Positions 27,766 through 37,360 of a DNA stretch of 64,000 nucleotides are shown here, piece by piece. Numbering within the stretch: the stretch's first letter is position 1; each line of letters begins with the position of its first letter. A program made the position numbers and the translations under genes. This DNA comes from a bacterium HR15. Its GTDB lineage: Bacteria > Armatimonadota > Fimbriimonadia > Fimbriimonadales > GBS-DC. The notes under the pieces are model-generated. The model was given only the letters and a program-made list of their open reading frames with translations, was not told the origin of the DNA and did no database searches. The stretch lies in the NCBI GenBank assembly GCA_002898555.1, contig BEHR01000011.1:1229-65228 (forward strand). Direction: 5' to 3'.

Positions 27766-28515
27766 ATGTACGCTGCTACCTTGAGCGCGATTTACGACTG
27801 GCTCGTTGCGCTGGAGCTGCCCGCGGTGCTGCTTCAGCCGCGCGGGGTAGATGCGCACGAGGTCTTGTTGAATGTGCGCATGGTGCAACGGGCAGCACAG
27901 GCACGGCGCGTGATTGCCGTTGGAGGCGGGTTGGAAAGCTACTTGCCCATATTGGAGCGGGCGTTGGGCAGCCGTTGCCCACCCATCATGCGCTTGACAG
28001 TGCATCTGCAACCGCCGCCCCATGATCTCCATATCTGGCTCGATTTGGCGTATGCCCGTCAGAGCTGCACATGGCTCATGCGTTGGGCACAAATGGACGG
28101 TCTGGCCACGCGCGCGGTGCGTCCGGCGTGGCGGCGGGTGCAGCTGCTATTCCGTCATCTGGAGGTTCGGCGCGATGTGTTGCGTTCGCATCTGCAGGGC
28201 AAATATTATCTGGCACAGCACGATGCCTATCGCCCCTTGACTCGCTCGCTGGGGATGCAGTCGCTGGGCAGTCTGCAGCCTGATGAAGAGCAGTCACCCA
28301 GCCTGCCGCGTTTGAAACATTTGCTGGAGCAGGCGCGTCGTGTGCCACTCGTTGGCGTGTTGAGCGCGGCACCAGGCGGCATCGCGGCGACCGTTGCCCG
28401 ACACTTAGGCGTGCCCATGATTATTGCCGACACGCTGGAGCAGCCCGTTCCGGAGCGCGACTATTTTCAGCGCTATGCCGCTTTGCTCACAGCGCTGCAA
28501 CGGCTCGCACGATAG
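27766..28515 (+). CDS. ZnuA/TroA-like metal-binding solute-binding-protein homologue lacking a signal peptide
   Basis: GVDAHE, HDLHIWLD and AQHDAY are collinear with cluster-9 SBP metal-ligand motifs. There is no N-terminal hydrophobic signal. Confidence 0.55.
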   Translation: MYAATLSAIYDWLVALELPAVLLQPRGVDAHEVLLNVRMVQRAAQARRVIAVGGGLESYLPILERALGSRCPPIMRLTVHLQPPPHDLHIWLDLAYARQSCTWLMRWAQMDGLATRAVRPAWRRVQLLFRHLEVRRDVLRSHLQGKYYLAQHDAYRPLTRSLGMQSLGSLQPDEEQSPSLPRLKHLLEQARRVPLVGVLSAAPGGIAATVARHLGVPMIIADTLEQPVPERDYFQRYAALLTALQRLAR

Positions 28516-29383
28516 CGCCATGATCGCGCGTGAGGAAATGCACTTCACGGACACCATTCTGCAGGAGATGCTCCCGTGCAGCGTCCAGTCCAAAGCCGAC
28601 CTGGGAGGGGCGGTGGCTGTCGTCGCTGATGCAGAAGGGGATGCCCATCTGGGCTGCTGCTTGCACAATCCATGCGGCGGGATAGGGCGTGCCCAATCCC
28701 TTGCGAATGCCCGCCGTATTGACTTCCAACAGCGAGCCCGCCTCGCGCACTGCTTCGAGCGCGTGAAGGGCGGCGGTGGACACGCGCGGCGTCTCGCAAA
28801 GATGCGCCTCGCCCAGACGATGCGCCAGCAGGCGCACCAGATCGAAATGCGCCACCACTTCCGGGCGCACAGCGCGCACCATCTCCGCAACGGCTTGATA
28901 ATACTCCAGAGCCAGGTTCTCGATGCCTCCACATTCCCGCAGGGCGCGGCGCGTGTCGGGGTCGTCTACACTGCTGTCGATGCCCCCGTCGCGCACGAAA
29001 TGCACGGAACCGACGATGTAGTCGAAGCCGTAATCGCGGCGGTATCGCTCCACGAGCTGCACCCACCGATCGGGCGGCACCACCTCGATTTCGAAGCCGC
29101 ACAGCACGGTCAGCCGACCCTCGAACTCCTTCGCCAGTTGACGCACGGCAAGCGCATACTGCTCGAAAAGCTGCTCTAAGGTGTGCACGGTCCAACCTTT
29201 TTGGCGTTCGGTCGCATACAGATAACGCGGCTCCACGCGGGGCATATGCTCGCTGACGCCGAACACGGCGTAGTTCGCGCGGCATGCCGCTTCCAGAATC
29301 GAGCGCAGGGAGCCTTCTGCATGTTCGCAGAACTCCCCGCTATGCCCGCCATGCAACGAGATTCGCCATCCGCTACTCGCCAT
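28487..29383 (-). CDS. histidinol-phosphatase, PHP family (HisJ/HisK type)
   Basis: SLHGGHSGEFCEHA, GVSEHMP and ISDDSH are PHP-domain metal motifs. The start may be slightly downstream (TTG 29356), because the first codons lie in a dispersed motif. Confidence 0.8.
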   Translation of the reverse strand: MASSGWRISLHGGHSGEFCEHAEGSLRSILEAACRANYAVFGVSEHMPRVEPRYLYATERQKGWTVHTLEQLFEQYALAVRQLAKEFEGRLTVLCGFEIEVVPPDRWVQLVERYRRDYGFDYIVGSVHFVRDGGIDSSVDDPDTRRALRECGGIENLALEYYQAVAEMVRAVRPEVVAHFDLVRLLAHRLGEAHLCETPRVSTAALHALEAVREAGSLLEVNTAGIRKGLGTPYPAAWIVQAAAQMGIPFCISDDSHRPSQVGFGLDAAREHLLQNGVREVHFLTRDHGAIVRAVAAL

Positions 29384-29482
29384 TCGCTACTCACCACCCA
29401 AATTGTGCGTTTGGGTCGGAGGAAAAGATTTTGCTCGCTACTCACCCTATAATACCCTACGGGCGGGTACAATAAGGGTGCT

Positions 29483-30895
29483 GTGGGCGAGGCGCGTGAG
29501 GAGTGTGGTCTGTTCGGTATCTATGCCCCCGGCGAGGACGCAGCGCGGCTAACCTACTTCGGACTGTTCGCGCTTCAACATCGTGGGCAAGAGAGCGCGG
29601 GCATTGCCGTCTCTAACGGCAAAACGGTGCGCATGTACAAAGACTTGGGGCTGGTCACGCGCGTGTTTACCGAACCCATCTTGCAGAGCCTGCGCGGGCA
29701 TATTGCCGTTGGGCACACCCGCTACTCAACCACCGGCTCCTCCACGATGCGCAATGTGCAGCCCTTGGCATGCCCCACATTGGATGGCAATATTGCCATC
29801 GCTCATAATGGTAATCTGGTGAACGCGCACCATCTGCGTGCCGCGTTGGAGGCGGAGGGAGAGGTTTTTGAGACAACCAACGACTCCGAAGTGATTCTGC
29901 GCCTGATTGCCCGCCATTATCGAGGCGACATCGTGGCAGCGATCCGGGCGATGATGCATCAGGTGCGAGGCGCGTATTCCTTGGCGATTCTGACCTCCAC
30001 GCAGCTGATTGGCGTGCGTGACCCGTTTGGCGTGCGTCCGCTGTGCCTGGGGCGTCTGGGTGAGGCGTGGGTGCTGGCGTCCGAGACCTGCGCCCTACCG
30101 CCTATCGGGGCGCAATTCATTCGGGAGGTGGAGCCGGGCGAGATCGTGCTGATTGACGAGGAGGGGCTTCACTCCTTTACAGGGTTGCCCCGCCAGCGCG
30201 AATCGCTCTGCATGTTTGAGCTCATCTACTTCGCGCGTCCCGACAGCCATCTTTATGGTCAACTGATTTACGAGGTGCGTCGTCGGATGGGTATGGAACT
30301 GGCGCGTGAGCATCCCGCAGATGCCGATCTGGTCATCCCTATTCCCGATTCGGGCGTGCCTGCTGCCGTGGGCTATGCCCAGCAATCGGGCATTCCGTAT
30401 GGCGAGGGGCTGATTAAAAATCGCTATGCACCGCGCACCTTCATTCAACCTGACCAGCGCATGCGCGAGCTAAGTGTGCGCCTGAAACTCACCCCCCTGC
30501 GCGAGATTATCGAGGGCAAGCGATTAGTGGTGGTGGATGATTCCATCGTGCGGGGCACGACCACGCGCCAAATTGTGAAGCTGCTCTTCGATGCGGGGGT
30601 GAAAGAGGTGCATATGCGCATCACCGCGCCGCCCATCCGATTCCCATGCCACTACGGAATCGATATGGCCACTCAGCGCGAACTGGTCGCCGCGCACCAC
30701 ACGGTGGAAGATGTGCGCCGGCAGATTGGGGCGACCACACTGGGCTATCTCAGCATCGAAGGGCTGCTGCGCGCCTGTGATCAGCCACGCGAGCGATTCT
30801 GCCTTGCCTGCTTCAACGGTGACTACCCCATCGCTATCCCCGACGATGTGGAACTGGACAAGTACCTGTTTGAAGAGAAGGTGACCGTGCCGTAG
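29483..30895 (+). CDS. purF: amidophosphoribosyltransferase PurF
   Basis: ECGLFGIY...LQHRGQESAGIA Ntn-amidotransferase N-terminus. PRTase motif VVVDDSIVRGTT. C-terminal Fe-S cysteines (CHYGID, CLACFNG). GTG start. Confidence 0.92.
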   Translation: MGEAREECGLFGIYAPGEDAARLTYFGLFALQHRGQESAGIAVSNGKTVRMYKDLGLVTRVFTEPILQSLRGHIAVGHTRYSTTGSSTMRNVQPLACPTLDGNIAIAHNGNLVNAHHLRAALEAEGEVFETTNDSEVILRLIARHYRGDIVAAIRAMMHQVRGAYSLAILTSTQLIGVRDPFGVRPLCLGRLGEAWVLASETCALPPIGAQFIREVEPGEIVLIDEEGLHSFTGLPRQRESLCMFELIYFARPDSHLYGQLIYEVRRRMGMELAREHPADADLVIPIPDSGVPAAVGYAQQSGIPYGEGLIKNRYAPRTFIQPDQRMRELSVRLKLTPLREIIEGKRLVVVDDSIVRGTTTRQIVKLLFDAGVKEVHMRITAPPIRFPCHYGIDMATQRELVAAHHTVEDVRRQIGATTLGYLSIEGLLRACDQPRERFCLACFNGDYPIAIPDDVELDKYLFEEKVTVP

Positions 30896-30900
30896 CCCTG

Positions 30901-33900
30901 CTACTCGCTCGGCTCGGCAGGAGCCTCGCCCTCCAAGGATTTCGGCTCGGCAGGAGCCTCGCCCTCCAAGGATTTCGGCTCGGCAGGAGCCTCGCCCTCC
31001 AAGTTCGGCTTGGCAGGAGCCTCGCCCTCCAACTTGCCACTCACCTCGACTTGGAACGGCGCGGCAGGCTGTACGATGCGCACAATCAGCCCCCGCTCGT
31101 GGCGCGTCCAGCCACTGGTTAGATTCGGCTGTTGCCAGATGAGTGCGTCCATATCGCTGACCTGCGACAGTGGCTGCCCGTCGAGCAGCACCTGTTCCAC
31201 ATCCTTCAAATCGCTGATCAAGACGAACAGGGCAGGCAACGGGGCGAACGGTTCAATTTGAATCTGGAGTCTATCCCCCTCCAACTTAATGCTTTTCAAG
31301 CCGGGCGCGGTAATGGCTATAGCGCGTCCGTTGACATGCACCACGCGCGTAATGGGTTCGAGCGCGGAACCGCTCTTGCGGACGAGACAGGGCGGAATCA
31401 GCCGTGGGTTTATGTCCCAGTGATACTCCTCGGTGCCGCGCGTGATGCTGAACGCATCGGGGTAGAAGCCTTCGTCGCTCGGATAACGCTCCGTGACCCA
31501 TTCCTGCTGCTGAACAGCGCACAGCGTGAGGGTATCGGCAAGCCGTCGCCATTCGATAGAAGTGTCATACTCAGCAAGGCGATAGAGCGCGTGCGCATAG
31601 ACCAGTCCGTTCCATTGCACCGCGACGCCAAACCATGGCTGCTGCGAGAGCCATGTGACGCCGAACACAGGAATGCTTGCGCCCAACATAATGGGGCGAT
31701 CGGGCGCACGCCAGAGATAGATAAAAGGAACACCGCGCAGTGCCCAAAGCCGCGCTTGCTTCAAGTACCGCGCCTCGCCCGTCGCCTCATAGGCGTTCAG
31801 AAAAGCGTTGATGCAGTGCGGCGCAGCCAACACATCGGGCACATGCAGCGGCAGCTCCCAGGTCTGTGCGCCTTCAGGACGACGCTGCTTTTCGAGGAAC
31901 TGCAGGGCACGCTGCAGGCTTTTCAGCGCATCAGGGTCCAGCGTGCCGAGGGCGTAGCTTCCCACACGCGCGGCATGCTCACCGGTGTGCCCACTGGAGG
32001 TGTCGCCCTGCTTGCCAAAAATCTTATGGCGTTCACTCGCAGGTTGCCATGCCCAGCTACCATCTGAACGCTGGGCGCGTAGAAGCGCTTCGGTCGCTTG
32101 CTTCCAGTGGTTCAGCAGGCGCGGGAGCCTGCCAAGATAGAACGCCATCTCCCAACCCATCGATTCGGGGGCAATCGCTTCCACCGCTTCACGCACTTGC
32201 TGCACAGCACGAGCGCGCTCTCTGTCATCCGGCGGAAGCCGATGCGCCAGCACCCACAGCCCCAGCGCAACAAGCGGGTCATAGAAAACGGGACCTGTGT
32301 TCGTGTGGCGCCATGCACGCTGATTCGAATCCCAGCTATTGAGCAGACCTCGCAGGCTGAGGGTCAGCGCCGCCGCGTCGTTGCGCTGGGGAGCGGGTGG
32401 AAAGGGCATCCCATAGTGCTGTAGATAGACTTCAATCGCCTCGCTGATGTCGCGGGCATCGGAGCGAATAAACAGCGTTGCGCTGAGTTGCACCGACTCG
32501 CTTTTGAGCAGGCGGAACGGTTCACGCGCCTGCAAGGTGTTCTCGTCTGCCCAGCGTGGGATGGTGGGCACCCAGAGCGCAAAGCGGTGGTGTGCCCCAT
32601 GCTCTAACCAATTCGGTGAAAGAAACAAAGCGTTCGGCGCCTGCAACACACCGGACCAGCTTTGCTGCGCATTCCAATGCATGCCGATCAGCCAATTGCG
32701 CCAGCGTACTGCCATCATCGGTATCGTGATTTTGTACGGATGGGGCGCGAAGCGCAGATGATGTGGTGGTGCAGCGTTCTCTTCACCCGATGAGCGTTCC
32801 TCGCCAAGCAAGTACTCCAGCCCGGGGAAAAGTGCTTCGTCCTTACGCTCGCCAAAGGAACCGTCGCCGATGCGCCAGTCAGGGAAGCGAAATTGATATA
32901 GGTGTGCGTTCACCGTGCTGCTCAGACGAGCCGTGCATTCCAGCTGATTCTCCGCGAGTCGAAACTCGATGCTGACGCGCCCGACCCGTCCCATCCGCCC
33001 CTGCAATGTAAGGCGCAGGTTCGTCTCGTCGAAGCTCGTACTCTCCAGCGCAAACGGCGCAGGTTTGGGGGGCGCGTTCTCCGCGTTCAGCACGGCATCT
33101 ATAACGGATGGCATGTTGGCTAACGGCACCCATGCATTGCCCTGCTTACCGAACAATCGACCGCTTAGCCCCGCACCCCATGCAGGTGACAGCACAAAGC
33201 GTAATCGCTCATTCTGAAGCACCAGATGCTCGCCGATTCGGCGCGCGATGCGTCCCGTGTCGGGGATGCCTTCGGGCAAACGGGCAACCACGGGCGTTAG
33301 GATAAAAGCATCGTTGCCCGCGCCGGAACGCAGCATCAAGGCGAGCCGCGGACGCGCCCCCACCCGTATCCTGAAGCGCAGCGGGTGGCTCTCATCCGGG
33401 GCAAGCAGGGTCAAATCGGTTTGTGGCTTCTCCAACACTTGCACATCCTGCAAAGGGTTTACTTCGAGTCGCAGGGTATCGTTGCGCCATGTGCCTTGCC
33501 CGCGATTATGCACGATAGCCGTCACTTCCACCCCATCGCCCGGACGCAGGAGCGCTTGGCGCGTATAGACCCCTTTGAACTGCAAACGCGGAAGGTACTT
33601 ATAGATACGGGCATCCACATTCGCCCCCTCCACCTCCAAGGTTGCCTCATGCGCGCCCCGAAAGCCATATTCGAGCCAGACCCTTTGATTCGCAGGCAAG
33701 GCAACCTGAATTGGCTGCAAGGCACTCCCCTTATGGGGTACAGGTTTTAGGCTCAAAGTTATACTTTTATCGCTGCGGAGTTCCAACACACCCTCAGGCG
33801 GTAGAAGGCGTGCTACTTTATGGGCGAACCGCTCGCGCAGGCGCACGATGCGCGGCTCGGCAATATATGCCCAGTCGTAGATTGTGTTCGCCTTGCCATC

Positions 33901-34389
33901 GATAACAAACTCCAACCGTACCACTTGCCCGCTGAAGGGTGAAAGGTCGGCAGAAAGCGGTTTCCATCCAGCATCGATGCAGTCAACTTCTGCCAATGTT
34001 TGGTCGTTCACACGGATTTGTGCCTTAACGCCATCATATAGATGCGCAGGATCGTCGCGCTGAATGTGGTCGTCTACACCTGCCCAGGCAAGCAGCACCA
34101 ATTTCTCGCCTGCCCCGATGGTGGGCAGGCTCAGCGTAAATCGGATACGAGCGGGGCGTTGTGTTGGGTGCAGAAAGCCGCTTCGCTTCCGAACCCCACC
34201 CGAAGCGATAATGCGGATGGTCGTCGGTACGAGCAATCCCTCGGTCTGACCCGTTTGCCATTGTGCCAGTAAGTCAATCAAGGTATGCACGCCATCGGCA
34301 GCCGGCTGCGCCGCCATGCCAAGAAGCCCCATCAGCAGCAGGGGTAGACCGATGCGCCTGCCCATCCATGTCAAAAGCATCATTATCAC
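30901..34389 (-). CDS. large exported protein (1162 aa), unknown function, with a C-terminal EGEAPAEPKSL repeat tail
   Basis: Hydrophobic N-terminus MIMMLLTWMGRRIGLPLLLMGLLGMAA. The central region looks alpha/alpha-toroid-like (SDGSWAW...), which is a weak impression only. Confidence 0.6.
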   Translation of the reverse strand: MIMMLLTWMGRRIGLPLLLMGLLGMAAQPAADGVHTLIDLLAQWQTGQTEGLLVPTTIRIIASGGVRKRSGFLHPTQRPARIRFTLSLPTIGAGEKLVLLAWAGVDDHIQRDDPAHLYDGVKAQIRVNDQTLAEVDCIDAGWKPLSADLSPFSGQVVRLEFVIDGKANTIYDWAYIAEPRIVRLRERFAHKVARLLPPEGVLELRSDKSITLSLKPVPHKGSALQPIQVALPANQRVWLEYGFRGAHEATLEVEGANVDARIYKYLPRLQFKGVYTRQALLRPGDGVEVTAIVHNRGQGTWRNDTLRLEVNPLQDVQVLEKPQTDLTLLAPDESHPLRFRIRVGARPRLALMLRSGAGNDAFILTPVVARLPEGIPDTGRIARRIGEHLVLQNERLRFVLSPAWGAGLSGRLFGKQGNAWVPLANMPSVIDAVLNAENAPPKPAPFALESTSFDETNLRLTLQGRMGRVGRVSIEFRLAENQLECTARLSSTVNAHLYQFRFPDWRIGDGSFGERKDEALFPGLEYLLGEERSSGEENAAPPHHLRFAPHPYKITIPMMAVRWRNWLIGMHWNAQQSWSGVLQAPNALFLSPNWLEHGAHHRFALWVPTIPRWADENTLQAREPFRLLKSESVQLSATLFIRSDARDISEAIEVYLQHYGMPFPPAPQRNDAAALTLSLRGLLNSWDSNQRAWRHTNTGPVFYDPLVALGLWVLAHRLPPDDRERARAVQQVREAVEAIAPESMGWEMAFYLGRLPRLLNHWKQATEALLRAQRSDGSWAWQPASERHKIFGKQGDTSSGHTGEHAARVGSYALGTLDPDALKSLQRALQFLEKQRRPEGAQTWELPLHVPDVLAAPHCINAFLNAYEATGEARYLKQARLWALRGVPFIYLWRAPDRPIMLGASIPVFGVTWLSQQPWFGVAVQWNGLVYAHALYRLAEYDTSIEWRRLADTLTLCAVQQQEWVTERYPSDEGFYPDAFSITRGTEEYHWDINPRLIPPCLVRKSGSALEPITRVVHVNGRAIAITAPGLKSIKLEGDRLQIQIEPFAPLPALFVLISDLKDVEQVLLDGQPLSQVSDMDALIWQQPNLTSGWTRHERGLIVRIVQPAAPFQVEVSGKLEGEAPAKPNLEGEAPAEPKSLEGEAPAEPKSLEGEAPAEPSE
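30904..31036 (-). repeat. four tandem copies of a 30-33-nt coding repeat (EGEAPAEPKSL)
   Basis: ggctcggcaggagcctcgccctccaaggatttc is repeated nearly perfectly at 30911, 30944, 30977 and 31007. Confidence 0.85.
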
Positions 34390-34392
34390 TCC

Positions 34393-35385
34393 TCATCCCA
34401 TTCCCATGTTGCCTTCGGCATCGCCCATCATGCGCGGAGGGGGCGTGCCTGGCGGTGCATGTTCAGGCTGGTAGAGATCGACATGTGTGCCAAACGGCGG
34501 GCTGGCGTAGGGTAAGTGCGTGCTACCCCGTGCCAAAATGTGCAGATAGTTCGCACTGTCGCCTTCGAACGGCTCACCATGGTTCCACGGCACCCACGAA
34601 CGCGCGTTGCAATAGTGGCACACGAAGGAGCGACGCCAGCGGTCGCGCGTGCGGTTCGGGTAGGAGCGATGGAGCAGATGCCCGTCGAAAAACAGCACAT
34701 CGCCCGGCCCCATCGGCACTGGGATGGGCGGCGGATATTTGCGCACGATGCGCGTTAGCGTGTTGACCTCGTCGTCCAAGTGGCTCACATTCTCCACGGC
34801 GTGTAAATCCTCAAAGGCGTTCGCGGCGTGGACCTGCCCGAAAGGCGTGGAATGGGGTGGATAGATGGGTTCGCAATGCGAACCGGGCACCACCCATAGG
34901 CAGCCGTTTGACTCATCCGCTGGTTCCAGCGCGAGCCATGCACCAATCAGCGTGTCGGGGTAAGTCGTGATATAGTAGGCATCCTGATGCCAGCCCTGCC
35001 CGCCTGTGCCCGGTGGGTTATAAAAGAGCATGGTTTGGAGCGCCAGCACATCGGGACCGATGAGTGCCTCCAACACATCCAGCACGCGCGGGTGGAGCAG
35101 ACCCCATTCCGCGACGGGATCGATGCGATGGAGTTGATGCACGCGTGTGCCTTTGGCAATTTCGTGAAGGGCGGCTTTTTCAGGTTGAGCGAGCGTGTCT
35201 GACGCTTGCCAGCGCGAGTTCGCCCATTCAAGCAGCCGCGCCACATCTTCTGGCGGTACCAACTGCCTCACCAACAGGTAGCCCTCGCGCCGATAATGCA
35301 CATACTGCTCTACCTTGACCCGATAGCGATCGGGTCGCTCGACGGCATATGGCAAGTAAGGCATAGCAATCAGAAAGATTCGCAT
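34393..35385 (-). CDS. phytanoyl-CoA dioxygenase (PhyH) family Fe(II)/2-OG oxygenase
   Basis: GWHQDAYY (HxD), LWVVPGSH and HRSYPNRT motifs. Confidence 0.75.
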   Translation of the reverse strand: MRIFLIAMPYLPYAVERPDRYRVKVEQYVHYRREGYLLVRQLVPPEDVARLLEWANSRWQASDTLAQPEKAALHEIAKGTRVHQLHRIDPVAEWGLLHPRVLDVLEALIGPDVLALQTMLFYNPPGTGGQGWHQDAYYITTYPDTLIGAWLALEPADESNGCLWVVPGSHCEPIYPPHSTPFGQVHAANAFEDLHAVENVSHLDDEVNTLTRIVRKYPPPIPVPMGPGDVLFFDGHLLHRSYPNRTRDRWRRSFVCHYCNARSWVPWNHGEPFEGDSANYLHILARGSTHLPYASPPFGTHVDLYQPEHAPPGTPPPRMMGDAEGNMGMG

Positions 35386-35404
35386 AGGGAGCAGTTGAAT
35401 CCTG

Positions 35405-36553
35405 CTATCGGACGGCGAGCCGAGCTGTAATAGTTAACGCCTCTGCCGGTGGGAGATTGGGAGCCACCTTTTGCGTTGAAAGGAGCTGTACGCCAGGGAG
35501 TTGCTCCAGCTGCTCCCAGCCTGCGCCCAGCCTGCCTGCAAGGATGCACACAGGTTTGCCCAGCGCAGCTGCTTGTCCCACCAGTTCGCCCACACCTTTG
35601 CCCATAAGGGTTTGCGCATCGACCTGACCTTCGCCCGTGATGAGCAGGTCAGCATTTCGCAGCCGTTCACGCCAACCGATGTGCTGCAACAACCATTCGA
35701 TACCTGAGACAATGGGCGTGTTCCAAAACGCGACAAAGCCTGCGGGTAGCCCGCCCGCCGCGCCTGTGCCGGGCATCGTGGCGACATCGATACCTGTTTG
35801 ACGCTGAAGCACTCCCGCCAGGCGGTACAGCCCGGTGTCCAGCAGTGCCACCTGTTGCGGGTTAGCACCCTTCTGCGGGGCGAACACGCGCGCCGCGCCT
35901 TCCGCACCACAGAGCGGGTTGCGCACATCGGCGCAGAGAATGAGCGTTTTGCCCTGCAGAGGAAGTGGGGTGGGCGGTTCGATGTGTTCGAGTACGGTTA
36001 AGCCGCGACCGCCAGTAGGAATGGTCGAGCCGTCCGCTTGCAAAAATCGGAAGCCCAGCGCACGCAGCGCGCCCGTCCCACCGTCGGTGGTCGCGCTCCC
36101 GCCGAGTCCCAACCAGATTACCTCAATTTCAGGGCGATCAACCGCTCGCAGCAGATCGCCCACTCCTTCTGTGCTGGCGTCCAGCGGGCGCCGCTCATCT
36201 GGTGCCAGCAGATGCAGTCCACATGCCTGTGCCGATTCGAGAATGGCGACCCCATTCCCCACAAGATACTCCGCTTCGATAGGTCTGCCCAGCGGGTCGC
36301 GTACGGATGTTCGCTTTAAGGCAACACCTCCCGCCTGCAAGTTCCCCCGATGCTGGGAGGGGAGCCAAGTCTGGTCCGGGGCACTCAGATGGAACCTCCA
36401 CGCTTCCAGCCAGCCTGTGCCGCCATCCGAAATGGGACACATGTCCAGCACCGCATCGGGAAGCACCTGCCGGATACCCGCTGCAATTGCCTCGCAGGCT
36501 TGCAACGGGCTGAGCGTGCCCTTGTAGGCGGTGGGTGCAATTAGGATGCGCAT
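35405..36553 (-). CDS. glycerate kinase
   Basis: MRILIAPTAYKGTLS..., DGGTG and LLITGEGQVDAQTLMGK are typical of the GlxK/GarK family. Confidence 0.85.
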   Translation of the reverse strand: MRILIAPTAYKGTLSPLQACEAIAAGIRQVLPDAVLDMCPISDGGTGWLEAWRFHLSAPDQTWLPSQHRGNLQAGGVALKRTSVRDPLGRPIEAEYLVGNGVAILESAQACGLHLLAPDERRPLDASTEGVGDLLRAVDRPEIEVIWLGLGGSATTDGGTGALRALGFRFLQADGSTIPTGGRGLTVLEHIEPPTPLPLQGKTLILCADVRNPLCGAEGAARVFAPQKGANPQQVALLDTGLYRLAGVLQRQTGIDVATMPGTGAAGGLPAGFVAFWNTPIVSGIEWLLQHIGWRERLRNADLLITGEGQVDAQTLMGKGVGELVGQAAALGKPVCILAGRLGAGWEQLEQLPGVQLLSTQKVAPNLPPAEALTITARLAVR

Positions 36554-36556
36554 GGG

Positions 36557-37351
36557 CTACTCCAGCCGACCGCGCTCACGAGCATAGCGCGTGGCTATCG
36601 CCTCCAGAATGCCTTCACGCGGCACATCGGGAGGCACATAGAGACCCAGTCGCTGAATCAGGTGCTGATACAACTCGTTCGCCAGCCGTTCGCGCACATC
36701 TGCGGGGAACTGCTCGCGCCGCTCCAGAAACGCCCGCAGCGCACGATACTCGCTTGCGCTCAACGCGAACACGGTCGGCACATAGATTTCCAGTGGATGC
36801 TCCTCTGTCTGCATAGCAGAGAGCGACTGGAGGGTGGGCAAAGCGACGCGACGCTCCTTGATCACAAAAGTACCTGCCAACATATCCCCCAACCGCTGAC
36901 CATACGGGTTGAAAAAGGCGACCAGCCCCGCCACATTATAACCAAAGATGCAGATAGGAAAGGCGTCTACCAAACGCACCAGTTCACGAATGAGTATAGC
37001 ACCGGGGGGAGCAGGCGTACCATCGAGCCGAATCACACGCAAGCCGAACGCCCGCTTGGCGGGCGTCTGACCGTTCCACCAGATCTCAAACAGTATATAG
37101 TAGGCGAACCAAGAGATAAAGGCGAAGAACGCCAGTCCTGCCAGCGCCCAACCCTCGCCGATGCGCCCAATGATGGTCGTAATCAGGCGCATCGTGTCCT
37201 CCAGCACGGTCAGAATCAGCAGCACAATCGCATTGAGCAGCAGCACCAGCAGGTCGTCCAGCACCGCTGCCAGCGCACGGGAACCCAACCCGGCGATATC
37301 GTAGCGGATTTCCACCTTTTCGGGGCTTAGCAATACATACTCATATGGCAT
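36557..37351 (-). CDS. RDD-family membrane protein
   Basis: RALAAVLDDLLV...TPAKRAFGLRV is an RDD-domain pattern with 3 TM helices. The soluble C-terminal extension has no recognisable family. Confidence 0.6.
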   Translation of the reverse strand: MPYEYVLLSPEKVEIRYDIAGLGSRALAAVLDDLLVLLLNAIVLLILTVLEDTMRLITTIIGRIGEGWALAGLAFFAFISWFAYYILFEIWWNGQTPAKRAFGLRVIRLDGTPAPPGAILIRELVRLVDAFPICIFGYNVAGLVAFFNPYGQRLGDMLAGTFVIKERRVALPTLQSLSAMQTEEHPLEIYVPTVFALSASEYRALRAFLERREQFPADVRERLANELYQHLIQRLGLYVPPDVPREGILEAIATRYARERGRLE

Positions 37352-37360
37352 GGTGCCCTC

